Below are positions 1 to 13,500 of a stretch of 64,000 nt of DNA, one piece after another. Source of the stretch: Owenia fusiformis (lineage: Eukaryota). A program made the translations under genes and the position numbers. The stretch covers positions 18,848,001 to 18,912,000 of the forward strand of contig CAIIXF020000001.1 in NCBI GenBank assembly GCA_903813345.2. The letters are read 5' to 3'. A model generated the notes under the pieces. That model was given only the letters and a program-made list of their open reading frames with translations, did not search any database and had not been told where the DNA came from. The stretch's first letter is position 1; each line of letters starts with the position of its first letter.

Positions 1-982
1 AGAATTTCAAATGAATCCCTCAAACAGTTTGGCTGGAAACCTGTAGACAGCCTTGACAGACAAGATTTTAGAATGGAAAATCCAAAATGGGCACCTTAAC
101 ATTTACACAGAATGCCGAAAAACTAATCAGTTCTAAACTTTCATAGGTAGAAACATACCTGAGAATTTCAAATGAATCCCTGAAACGGTTTGGCTGGAAA
201 CCTGTAGACAAGATTCTTCGGGAAAAAAACTTGAAAAAATTGAAAAAAAATTAGAAAAATGTGAAAAAATTGAAAAAATAGAAAAAAAACTGGAAGAAAA
301 TTAGAAAACTCTACTGGGTATTATATAGGATAAAGCAGTTATGAACGGTCAGTTTGGATATGGAGTTTATCCCTCGTGATATATGCACATCTACCTTCGG
401 TCCCTCAGGTTGATATACATATCTCCCTCTGGATAAACCCCATATCCAAACCTCCCAGTACATAACCCTTATTTATAGTCAAACAAAATATGCTATTTTC
501 AGGAACGCATAACTCATTCCATATATGGAATGGAAAATCCAAAATGGGCACCTTAACATTTACACAGAATGCCGAAAAACTAATCAGTTCTAAACTTTCA
601 TAGGTAGAAACATACCTGAGAATTTCAAATGAATCCCTGAAACGGTTTGGCTGGAAACCTGTAGACAAGATTCTTCGGGAAAAAAACTTGAAAAAATTGA
701 AAAAAAATTAGAAAAATGTGAAAAAATTGAAAAAATAGAAAAAAAACTGGAAGAAAATTAGAAAACTCTACTGGGTATTATATAGGATAAAGCAGTTATG
801 TACGGTCAGTTTGGATATGGAGTTTATCCCTCGTGATATATGCACATCTACCTTCGGTCCCTCAGGTTGATATACATATCTCCCTCTGGATAAACCCCAT
901 ATCCAAACCTCCCAGTACATAACCCTTATTTATAGTCAAACAAAATATGCTATTTTCAGGAACACATAACTCATTCCATATA
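1..982. repeat. End of a ~161-bp satellite array plus a 457-bp tandem duplication
   Basis: GAATTTCAAATGAATCCCT recurs at 2 and 163. Block ~70-526 is repeated almost identically at ~527-982 (offset 457). The unit is homologous to the 162-bp array at 13840-14999. Confidence 0.9.
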
Positions 983-1864
983 TTGTCTACATCTTTACAG
1001 TTTTCACAAAGAGTACATAAATGTACCTTCTGTGATATATGAAAATTCAGTGACCTTTTTAAAGTACAAGAATGAAGGTCACATCTGGTAGGTCTAAAAT
1101 TCAAAATAACAGTTTTCAATGTGCACAGTTGGACCCGTGTGGATGTAGAACATGTACGGAATGAGTTATGTGTACCTGAAACTAACATGGGGGTCCAATA
1201 AGGAAGAAATTGAGATTTTTAAGCATACAGGTAATCATTGAATTCTGTTTCACTGTGGGACGAAATTCTTGCTCAATCACTTTTTCAACGCATCAATATT
1301 TCATTTATCAGAAATTGATCATATATTACAACCATCCTACTCCAAACATAAGCCACCAGAACTCACACCTCATTCGCAAGAAGGAAGGAACATAGTGGAT
1401 GAGATATCTGAGGCTCTGCATTCGGAAGGTGAAAGTCTACAAGGCCAAGGATATAGAATAGTATTTATTTACTCTGTTATCATTCATTTACTGTTCTCAT
1501 TTATCAGAACATCAATATATCATACCACTTCAACTTAACAAGGCCAAGGATATAAAACAGAGTTTATTTACTCTGTTGATAAAACTATGATGTTCTAAAT
1601 AAGATTTACATAATAGGCAGGACATTCATTTGAGAGATCTTATATTCTCTCAAGGTCAGGGTAACCAATAAGGTCAAGGTCAATCAACAGACATTCAACA
1701 TCAATGTTTATTGTTTTTGACTATTTTTTAAAGGCCTTGCGCACAGTTTGAATATATAGTTTGATCATTCAAACATGACTTTTCATTAGTTGAAAAACTA
1801 TTTAAACTCATTTGTTGAAAAACATGACTTTAAAAAAAGTTGTTCATCTCATTATTTTCAAATA

Positions 1865-2930
1865 TAGTAGCCGAGACAACACAAGTCCCAAGTCTGTATT
1901 TTTACTCTCATTTCTTCACTTTTAAGAGTTAAGTCATCATATTTTGCATGCATATTCCTTGAAGAAATCCTAACATAGAATTTTATTGGTTTCGATTATA
2001 ATTTATTTGTTAAAAATAGAGAAACATTTGATTTATATTGGTCCATAATCAGAATTATCCATTTTGTGTAACAAATGCAACATTTTGACGTCATTAATAA
2101 AAATTGAAGTTATAAATGATAGATACAATATGGTGCCTCTAATCTTATTGACAATAACTATCATCCTAGATATTTTTTGCCAGTCATCAGATCATGCATT
2201 GGAAGAGTACCCCAATGAGAAATGCATTCATTGATTGTGGTAAGCAGTGATTTGGCAAAACAGTGGTGGAGTCACACCATTATTTTGCCACATTTTGGTG
2301 CTTAATTTCCCCTTTAAGATCGTTTGTTACTACTGTGACGTCACAATATAGCATCTGACGTCATAATACGGGTACCAAATTAACGCACACATTACAAGCT
2401 TTAAGATGATACCAAATATTTCATCATTCATTTGATTAAAATGGTTACTGGAATAAGCCCAAAGGGTATGCCACTCCCCTACCCCATCCATTTTTCAGGA
2501 AATTGAAACACGCAAAAAATCTCAAATAATGCAGGCATCTTCAGGGGTCCTTTTTGGCCCCGTTTTATTTCAAATATCATGTTTCTGCATACCATTTTTC
2601 TCGGATATGTCTCAATTACCCCAAAATAGTTACACTTCTGTTGAAAAAGGAAACATGTGGTCAATTTGGAATTATTACACCAAAAGAAGTGATTTTTTAT
2701 ATAAAGTTAAAATAATGCATTTGTCGCTGAAAATGGCAAATTTTGATTATAGACCAATCAGAATCAAATGTTTCTCTATTTTCAACAAATAAGTTATAAT
2801 CAAAACCAATAAAATTCTATGTTAGGATTTCTGCAAGGAATATGCATGCAAAATATAGTGACTTAACTCTTAAAAGTGAAGAAATGAGAGTAAAAATACA
2901 GACTTGGGACTTGTGTTGTCTCGGCTACTA
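1865..2930. mobile_element. Non-autonomous DNA transposon (MITE) with ~200-bp TIRs
   Basis: TAGTAGCCGAGACAACACAAGTCCCAAG... at 1865 is inverted at ...CTTGGGACTTGTGTTGTCTCGGCTACTA ending 2930. The arms pair over ~1865-2066 and ~2730-2930. TSD ambiguous. Confidence 0.85.
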
Positions 2931-4288
2931 TGTATTTGAATTTCCCACCATTTTAGAAACATAAGTTTAGATTTTTAGATCATCAAAAACAAGCACTTAA
3001 CAATGAAAACACACTTTTTCTCTCATCCATTTTCAAATATTATTTTAACTATTCAACCAATTATTTTATGTATATATAAACTTTTAAAAAAAATTTCAAA
3101 ATTTGTGATATCACGACTATATCCTTTGATGTCATTCAGGTGGTAAAATAATAATTCAAAAGTTTTTTTTTTCTTATACATACATGTTCGAAATATGCGA
3201 AACTTTAAAAAAAGCAATATTGTTGGCCTATCTATCTAGTAGGTTGTCATGTTTTTAAATATTTATGTACCATTGGATTCATGCATTAATACAAATGAGA
3301 TTAGAACTGAGAAATGAAATGAGAATTAAAATCTTTAAATGTTTTTTCTCTGAACCACTTTTCTGCACTCATGAGTTAATTTCTCAGTTATTTTTTAACC
3401 TTTTATCTAAATGTTTTCAACACCAAATAGGTTAGGATGTACATATCACAAGATCAATGAGCCCTACAATGCAAATTGCATACTCACACGTTTTCAACGA
3501 TAACAGCTCATCCAAGCACACATACAACTTACCCGCCAGCTAGTCGCTGGTACATCACAGGAGTTACATTGCAATAAACCATGATGTTTTCAAAAGAATT
3601 ATGACAAATGACCATGCAATTTGCACCACAATGCCCATTGATCCCATTCGTGACACCCTCGGGAAAACTCATAAAACACCACGCAATTTACCCGCTCCAC
3701 GAGCCGTTCAAAAATGCAGTCTTAGCCAGCAACTAACTGGGTGCATGACAGGTACTATTCCAATGACTTGGAGATCAAATTGCAATCAAACCGGCAGCTA
3801 GCAATTGCATTCGATCGCGAGTGCTACCTGAAACACTTACCGTACATAGAACACTCTGTCATTGTGAAGCCTAAAACAGTAAGCGCCATCTGGTCGGTCA
3901 ATCAGTTGCTTAATGCTCTCTCCAATACTGAAACACACAACAGATATTCTCTGAATAGTTTTTAAATGGATCCTGCATGCTGGGACCTCCTGTTATCTGA
4001 GTGAACAACAGTCCATTCAAAGTTCATTCCTTGATAAAAAAAATAAATGAAACAATTTATCTTCAGGTTCTAATATACCATTTGAAAGTTTGAAATTGTC
4101 AGCTTTGAAGATCTGGTATGCTTATGCATTGGTGTCGGACCCCCCCCCCTTTCTCAGATTTTTTATATTTCAAACTGAGCCTAGAATTGAAAGCTCTAGA
4201 GCTAATTAAGTGAAAGTGTAATGATGACAGAAATGATACTACTGTATGTCAGTATCTAGTCTAAATCAAGCATAGAAGATCTCTCATA

Positions 4289-4858
4289 CAGGGTGGTAAA
4301 AAATGGAAACCCTGCATTTTCCTTATATCTTTGTCACTTTAAAAAGTTACTCCCTGATATTTCACACATTCCTACATCGTTCAATTTCCTACCACCCTAC
4401 CATATTTCATGAACATCAGACTGATAGTCACAATTTTACAGCAATTTGAATAACATGCTTCAGATTTGGCCATCATCGCGCTGTAGGCAAAACAGCACAG
4501 TTGTCAATGAGCCAAATGCATTCCTCAGCAGGTATGGCCTGAATGAAACAGATGATCTCACTTTTGAGGTTTGCAATTGTCCTGAGGTCATTCTCATATA
4601 TTCTATCTCTACCATATCCCCACAGGTAGGGACATTTAAGACGATGAGTAAAGGTTTCCCCACAACGCAATAGTGGCCACTGGGCATGTTGTTTAAAGTA
4701 CATTGTGACTATCAATCTGATGGTCATGAAATAAAATAGGCTGGTGGCAAATTGAATGATGTACAAAATTGTAAAATAAAATATCAGGGAGTTATTTTTT
4801 AAAATGACTAAGTTTTGAGGAAATGGTATTAGGGTTTCCATTTTTTTTGACCACCCTG
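4289..4858 (-). mobile_element. Tc1/mariner deletion derivative with transposase C-terminal remnant
   Basis: TA|CAGGGTGGT..AAAAATGGAAACCC ... GGGTTTCCATTTT..ACCACCCTG|TA. The minus strand reads YLWGYGRDRIYENDLRTIANLKSEIICFIQAIPAEEC, typical of the Tc1/mariner segment after the catalytic Asp (FLWGxLKxxVY...). Decayed. Confidence 0.85.
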
Positions 4859-5932
4859 TATTATATTTAATTCTATACCATGTATAGTTTCTCAGGAACC
4901 TATACAGTTTGTAAATACTTTGAAGAATAAATACAAAATGTATATTTTAGTAAAAGTCAGTTGTTTTGATATATATATATTTTTTCTGACATATCTTCAC
5001 ATTGCACCAGAGAGGGTCTTTTGAAAATTTTCTAGATCCCCCTAGATTGTGCCACAGCATTCGGCGCGCTTCATGCATGCCCCATCAACGCCCAAAAGTC
5101 ACCCCCTCCCTTGGCAAATCCTTTTGACACCCCTGTAATAGAGGTTCACTTGGAACAAAAATGTCTTATCTATCATTTCACTACCAAGAGGTGAATTAAG
5201 TTAATAACTTTTTATTCTGAAATATTAGTTTTGAAGTATAACAAAAAGGGATGATTTTAATTTTTACAGACGTGGACCGCCAAACATATTTCACAAAAAA
5301 GTTGAAGACTATAACAATATGTCACAACTCAAGCACTCATGGTAGTGACATAAAAAGCTATTCTTTGTTAAAAACTATAGTACAATGAAGGAGCCTATGG
5401 ATAAAAATATTGTCATATAAAATATACAGAGGTTATTTAATGGGAGGTTTTTGATACAGGGTATATCTGAGGGAAATACAATATATCTACCCGAGGGACC
5501 GTAGTGGCCGAGGGTTGATATACTGTATTTACCGAGGGATATACCCTGTATCAAAAATCGAGCATTTTATAACTGATTTATTCTATACTTAGTTACTTAG
5601 ATTATGAGGAATAATAGCCAAGTCGTCTGGCTCAGTATCTACTCCCTGTATTTGTGATATATCACCCGCTCACATCACATATCATATACATATTCCCGCA
5701 TGTTATTTACCTATAACGCTAAAGTATGGAATAAATTCTTATATGATACATGACGTCACAATAGCTAGAGTAATTGACTTACTGGTTTATATTAAAGTAT
5801 GTATGACCGCTAAAATCAAGAAACCCAAAAAGTTGTTTTTCTTGTCATATTAAAATCGTAACAAAGACCTCGATTTTATGATTTATGGCAAATATATGAT
5901 CTCAAATTTTATTCTGGCCATTGCCAAAGACC

Positions 5933-6299
5933 CACCCTGCGTGCAGAGTCTAGTGAACTACACTCTGCCTAGTAGAGACCATACAGTTTAGTAGCCCCGC
6001 CCCCACGACAGATACCGGTGACAGTTTGGGTAAATCACTTTTGACCTACGCGCTGACCTTCCACCAATCAGCGAACTTTAAGAAACATACGCCAAATGCG
6101 TTCTAATTAAATATGCGCATGTCATTGGTCAATTCTGTGCTCAACGATGACGTCAGAAGGAATGACCATATAAAGAACGTTGGTCAAATTTGGCCGACGA
6201 ACCCTGATTGGCGCGGTGAGTTCACAGGTTTATTTTAGCTTGAAAGAGTGAAGACGAAGCTCTCTTTTAAGAAGTGAAGTCAAACGAATGCAAAGGGTA
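5933..6299 (+). mobile_element. AcademH-type non-autonomous element, 367 bp, 9-bp TSD
   Basis: Termini CACCC...GGGTA. CCAAAGACC is duplicated at 5924-5932 and 6300-6308. Further copies at 26288-26552 and 45642-47088. Confidence 0.85.
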
Positions 6300-8173
6300 C
6301 CAAAGACCTCAATCGCAATGAGATTTCAGTCTTTTGACAATGAACAGAATAAAATTTATATTGCCCCATAAATCATAAAATCTTGGTCTTTATTCCTTAG
6401 GCTAATAAAAATGTCTAGATTTCAAATGTCTCTCTCATTATTTAGAATTCCCATTTTTATCACAAACGTGTATCAGTATCATATGTTTAAGAAAATGTAC
6501 ATATACAAATAGTTCAGAAGACAACAGAATCATTGATTTAATTCCTCACTTAAGTTACATAAACGTTTAAAATATATTCATATAATAATGAACTTATCTT
6601 TGATTGTTTGTGGTTTGGCTAATAAAATGTGTGGCCTCTTATATTTTGATGTAACTCACCAAGTTATTTTTGAAAAAAAGGCTGAAACTCGTTAAAAAGA
6701 GGACACAGGTTTATTGCACAAAAACTAATAAATCTGAAATAAACAAATGTCATTTATGTACAATGTGAATATATTTTTCCATATATTACAGCAGTGTGGT
6801 CATTTGATTCCTTATTTTTAGGTTTTATTGACAAAAATAAACCATTAAAATTGGAAGAGCATTTAATTGGCCCTCCCCCATCAAAAATAGTCAAGGATGA
6901 AAATTTGTAAATAGTAATACATTGATCAACCATAGTTAGTTATGTAATTCTAACCCATTTATACCTTGAGTGAAGTACTACATGTAGTATATGATATGTT
7001 TCCTTGACCTTGAGACTTACCCTTCACTGACCTATCAATATCTAAAGTTATGTAATTTGAACAAACTCTAAATACAGGGTGGGATAAAAATCAACACAAA
7101 AAATCAAGACGTTGAATGCTAAACAACAACTGCCAAACTGATTACTAACTGCCAAATAACAAACACCAACAACCAAACATCATCCACAAATAGTTGGAGA
7201 CTATAACAATATGTCACTACTCATTTTTAAATAATGTACATAGTATAAAAATCTTTTCAGTTCATTTCAACAATTTTTCTAATAATAAAAGTGCATTTTC
7301 AAGTTTTCTTAAAGATGGGTGCAGCAAATCAATTTATAAATGACTCATTGCTGAAAAGGTCAAGAAATCAAAAGTTTGACAACTGAGACAGGAGTTTCAC
7401 TAGAATTTTTCAAAACAGGCTAAATAAATGAAAACAACGGGCAAAATTAATGGAAATCATGAATTCAACAAGGAAAAGTTGAAAAGTTCCTAAAAACAAC
7501 AGGCGATTTTGTGAAAACAACTGGTAAAAATCGCCTGTTACCTGTTGCCCTGTGAGATGACTTCACAGACATTAAAACTGACAAACTTTGTTTTCTTGAA
7601 GATAAAGAACTTGTCAAATTTTTGCTCATTCTATTTTTATCCATGTTAAAATTGTTCTATAATTTATCTGATTAGTTTACAATTTTTCATTAATTTTTTT
7701 ATTAAAATTGGAGATATGGGAGTCTAAACTCGCATCTTGGTGTACCTAAGATGCAGTGCTTGCAGTTTCTTGAACTGGAATAAGAAGATGTTGTAAATAC
7801 AAACAGATATTAATTAGATGGAGTATATGAAAAGGGCCAATATATCATGCCTGAGTCACATTTGCTCTGATTCATTGACTGGCGCCAGGCCGACTGAGTA
7901 TTTTGTTCAAAATTATCTTCAGTTTTGAACAAAAAACTCAATCGGACGAGCGACAACTGATGAATCAGAGCAAATATGGCTCAGGCATTAGACACTCACT
8001 AAAATTGGTCAAAAACTTTTTTAATAGCAATTTCAGTTAGAGAGTGGAACATTTTCTTTTCACAAACAATTTTTGTGAGTTGAGTTGAACAACTGGCAAT
8101 ATCAGCTGATAATTGATCGAATTAAAGTGACAAATACACTTTGAGTGGGTTTATCACAATGATAAAAAGCGTA

Positions 8174-8846
8174 AAGGATAGGTATCGATATGGTGAACTG
8201 AATTCAACAATGTTTTTCTCTTAAACCAATTATTGAAAACACTCTGTAAAAAAACTTGGTACTTTATTTAATGTTGACTGATTGGCAACAATTTATTGCA
8301 AAAATTATTTATAAATATTTTATATAACTGTTCTTGTTAACATTTTTTATTTTTTGTTCCCTTCTAGCAATTCTTGAGAATGAAACAAAATGTCTTTCAA
8401 AACCTTGTTGGAACAAAATAGCATATACAACATTTTTTTAGACCTCTCAATATTACAGTTATACAAAGGAAATTTTGGTTGATTTTACAAAATGTATGCA
8501 AACAAAACCCCCGAAAATAGATAAAAATTAAGATAAACATTTTATTTCACAAACAAGATACTTTTTTAAAATCAACCAAACTTTCCTTTGTACAATTACA
8601 ATATTGAGAGACCTAAACACATTGTGTTTATGTTGTTTTGTTCCAATGAGATTCGGATAGATGTTTCATTTCATTCTGAACATATGATACCAAGAACAAA
8701 AGAAGTGTCAGATGTGTTTTCCAAAACAATATAGAGAAAAGGATATATATACGTTTCAAATTATAATGTTACCATCCAATAGATGACCATTAAATTGACG
8801 ATGTGTAAAATGTTCACAAAAGTTCACCATATCGATACCACTCCTT
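8174..8846. mobile_element. Degenerate MITE (possibly Kolobok-type)
   Basis: GGTATCGATATGGTGAACT (8181) is inverted at AGTTCACCATATCGATACC (8821). A second internal inverted pair lies at ~8400-8490 / ~8565-8650. Confidence 0.6.
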
Positions 8847-10508
8847 TGGTCTTTTAAATATTTGTTTTTTTTAATTTTTGCTACTTCTAGAATAACATAC
8901 CAATAACCTCATTTCATGCATCTTCGCACACTCGGTCTTTACTGCTTTCACTATCTTACCAGCTGAAATGAGGTTATTAGTATTATCACCACCTACTGTA
9001 TAACATGAAATATTGCTGTGGATATAAAGTTGCCGATTGCCGAATGTAAAACAGAAACGGCAACATAAAATTCGGAAATATAATTTAGTAATTGAAGATC
9101 GATCTTAGTGGGCGATAATATGGTAGTTGTCTAACGTGTGTCAACTTACCGTAATAGGGTAATTTTCTAACCAGTATCAACTTACTATACTTTAACAAAA
9201 ATCATAAATAAAATACGATAAAATCGAAGCTTTATTCCTCAGCATTACAATTACAATAAAAAGTTAATAATAAAAATGTTGCAGTTAAAATGCATGCAGT
9301 AAATTCTACAAAATATTAAAAGGATTGTCATGTTAAAAAGTTAAAATGTCAGAAGATATAATTGTATCCAAGTGCTTTGGAAATCCCAGTATTGAAAGTT
9401 TTTAATCCCGATATTAAAAGTTTTTAATCCTGGTATTAATTGTCCTGAGTCTATCGAATGCGGGTATTATGTGAATAAATCACTCAAATTGTCACTCATA
9501 ATGTCAGGATGTCAGGTTTTCTGAGTCAGTCAAATGAAGGTGATTAAAATTCAGTTGTAAATCAAAATTATATTCGGGGTGTTAACCATCAATATTTTAT
9601 TTGGCTTTACATTTAGGGGTGTCAGGTAGGCAAACTTTTATTCGGCAATAACAATTTTAATCCAATTCGGAAAATAAAGCACCCGGATTTAATACATGTT
9701 ATACAGTATTTAAAACTAAGTATAAACTCATAAAATATAAGCCTTTTAAACTAGAACTAAATACCCCAAGAACATGCAGGCCTCACAAGATGTTGATAAT
9801 GTTAATTCATTTCCTAAACTGTTACATATGAAAGTAAATGACAACCTGAAGATATGTCCCTAATACTTCTCTTTACACATACAATAATGTCAGATTCTGG
9901 AATTTTCAGGTATGTCATACATGAATCATCATTATTAGGAGTGTGACAGAATCCCAAATCATGATGGCCATGATGCAATAATGCTTATTATTACCACCTT
10001 GCCGGGCCAGTTCTAGGGGTTTTAGTGCTAGTTTAGAAGGCATTCATTTTACTATATCTACCTGAGCAATATGTGATGCCTTCGACCCTCGGTCCAATAT
10101 TTCACTATATTGCCCTTCGAAATGACGTTATTGTACTAATACATTTCTTAAAAATGATTTGCATCATCTGTGAGGACAGTCACATATTACCTATCAATAA
10201 CTAAACAAACCCCAAATGACATAATATTTTGATTATTCTCTGAGTGGATGGATGATATTTTTTTGGCTCACCCTGTAATGTCTAGTTTCTTCTCCAATGC
10301 CTACATGTGTGAAGTATATTGACCGATGCTGGGAATATAATTTTCAAAGGTTCTACAGCAACTCTAAGATGATTGGATACAACAGAGTTAGTACCATGGT
10401 AATTTACCAATCACAGTCATTCAAATTGAAAGTGGCATTCTTTATGAGTTTAAAGATGTACATGTATTCTGTATTATTCAATAAACCTTGAGACAACATT
10501 CAAGTGAA

Positions 10509-13500
10509 ATGATATGGGAAGTTGCTGCAATTCTTCTAGGATTTATTTTTCTCAAATATATTTGGGACCATAGAATAGGAAGGAGGAGATGTAAAATTGC
10601 AGGACCACGTGGGCTTCCTCTAATAGGGAATGCACTGGAATTTATGCAAATATTCCCATTTGATCAATTTACATTTTGGAGACAGAAATATGGAGACATT
10701 TTTAAAATTCAATTATTGAATAAAGATATAGTGATACTAAATGGAGATGCGGTCTATGATGCCTTAGTGGGTCAATCTGATGACTTTTCTGGGAGGCCTG
10801 ATATACCACGATTGCAGTTGTTTAACGATTGTGAGGACATCGCCACAAGAAATCCCGATAATAAATGGAAAGACTACAGAAAAATATGTCATCAAGGATT
10901 GAGACAGTTTGGAAAAGGGGTTGCACATATAGAAAAAATAACAATGCATGAGATAGAGGATTGTATAGCTAAATTTGAGGCGCAGAATGGCGCTTTTAAT
11001 CCCAACATTGATATATACAGATCGGTTACAAATATCTTAATGATTATGGTAAGATCATATTGAGAAATAATACACAGATATTTTTCTGAGAAAATACTGT
11101 TTCAGAAATCTGAAAGTTAAGACAATGCCTGAATTTTTAACAATTTATTTTTACAGATTCTGGGTGAAAAGTTGGACAGCTCAGACCCTTTGATTGATAA
11201 GCTGGCGCAATGTCAGGAAACACTAGACCAAGCATTTGGACCAAAATATCTCTCACTGGATATCATTCCATGGATACGATACATCCCCGGTGTGAAAACT
11301 TTCTCAGGATTCAAGGACTCAGTTGCATCAGTCCACAAAGTGTTCAGTGATATCATCAAAGAAAGGAAGGTATGGGTTGGCACCAGGGGATTTGAGGGGC
11401 TTCAGTGAACACTTATTAACCCCCCCCCCCCCCATAATATTAAAAAATTTGTGACAAATATGAAAAACATTTCTGGGAGCAGAAATCTTAAATTCTCAGC
11501 AAACCCCTTAAATTTTCAAAATTATTCTTATTTGTTCTCAGCAAAACTAATCAATCGTTAAGAATGTTAGTTCGTAAAACAGGCAAACACTGTTTAAAAA
11601 TTGAAAAACTAATAAATATATGAATATGTTACTTAGATGCAGTTGCTAGATGGACAAGATAAGGCTGAGGGAATATTAGACATGCTGCTTGCTACACAGG
11701 AGGAGAGGAAGGGAACTGACAAAAACATATCAGACAAAACAATGAATGGTCTCATTCAAGATATGGTTATCCCAGGTAAGGCAACTAAAGAATAATATTG
11801 ATTCGAACATGACTGTATTTATGCCTTCTATAAACTGTGAACAAAGTCAATGCTTCAGCTGGGTTACATTCGAGATTAATTCCCCTGCTCTGTACTAAAT
11901 GTTTTGTTCAGTGCACTCATCCCCCTCTCATCTGCAAAATGGCAGGGAGAAATAGTCCAGAGCCAAAATTTTCTATCGGAGCATTTGTAAACCGTAATCT
12001 CAATAATTTCAATAACCAGAACAACGGCAACGCCAAGGCGTAGCGAATCCCATCGAACAGCTATGGATGGCATTTTTATTTTTACAAACAAAGTATATAG
12101 CAAAAATGGCCACCGTCTACCAAAAGTGTCATTAGACCATTTGCCATACTTATAGTATTCACATACCAAATATGAACAAAATCGCTCCACTACTTTTCGA
12201 GTTATAGTAAAATGCGTTAAAATGGCGGCCATTTTTCAAAATGGCCGCCTTCTACCAAAAGTGTCATTAGACAGTAGTGTGCCATGCTTACAGTATTCAC
12301 ATACCAAATATGAACAAAATCGCTTCACTACTTTTCGAATTATTATAAAATACATTAAAATGGCGGCCATTTTTCAAAAATTTTTTCAAAATGGCCACCT
12401 TCTACTAAAAGTGTCATAGGATAGTGTGTCATGATTTTAGTATTCACATACCAAATATGAACAAAATCGCTCCACTACTTTTCGAGTTATAGCGAAATAC
12501 GTTAAAATGGCGGCCATTTTGAAAAATGGCGGCCATTTTGAAAAATGGCCGCCTTCTACCAAAAGTGTCATTAGACAATGTGCCATCCTTATAGTATTCA
12601 CATACCAAATATGAACAAAATCGCTTCACTACTTTTCGAGTTATAGTAAAATAGGTTTAAATGGCGGCCATTTTTCAAAATGGCGGCCATTTTTTAAAAT
12701 GGCCACCTTCTACCAAAAGTGTCTTTAGACAGTGTGCAATGTTTATAGTATTCACATACCAAATATGAACAAAATCGCTCCACTACTTTTCGAGTTACAG
12801 CAAAAATCGTAAAATAACGCGTAAAGGCCGCCATATTTCAAGATGGCTGCCATGTACTCCTTTAATATCTACATTTCTAGCTTTATTAATGTCCTATATA
12901 ATTTTTTTACATCTAAAACATATTGCTATTACAGTTTTACATATTGCACCTAAATTACTGTAAATTCGGCACTAAAATGGCCGCCATTTTGAAATGAGCG
13001 GCCATTTTGAAAATCGGCTTTCGAGCAGAACTTCTACCCCCAAAGGGTATATGTGTACAAAATATTAACAAAATCGGGCCAACGGTATTTGAGTTATTGC
13101 CCGGACGGACGGACGGACGGATGTACGTACGGACGGACGGACGGACGTACGTACGGACGGACGGACGGACGTACGTACGGACGGACGGAGGCGTTCCCTA
13201 TATCCCTCCGAACTTCGTTCGATGGGATAATTATCAATGTAGTAGATATGCGTGAAACCAATAAAATAGGCCCAAATGTCAATAAAAAACTTAAGCCAAA
13301 CAGCTGAACGCTTTACCGGAAGTAGAAATGAAAAAGTGGAAATGAACATCGAAATTGATGATTTTGCAATATTCTGGTGAGTTTTCATGTTCGAATCGTA
13401 ATATAGAACTCAGAGCAGGGCTACTAGTTTCGAATACACCCCTTAGGTCTTTTGAACCCCTCACTCCCTTCGATCGTTCGGGGAAAACGTTTGTGCCTTA

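Noticed and set aside
13007-13388. ORFs with RTDG / VRPS repeats
   Set aside because: Translations of the (GGAC/GTAC)n microsatellite of a HINE.
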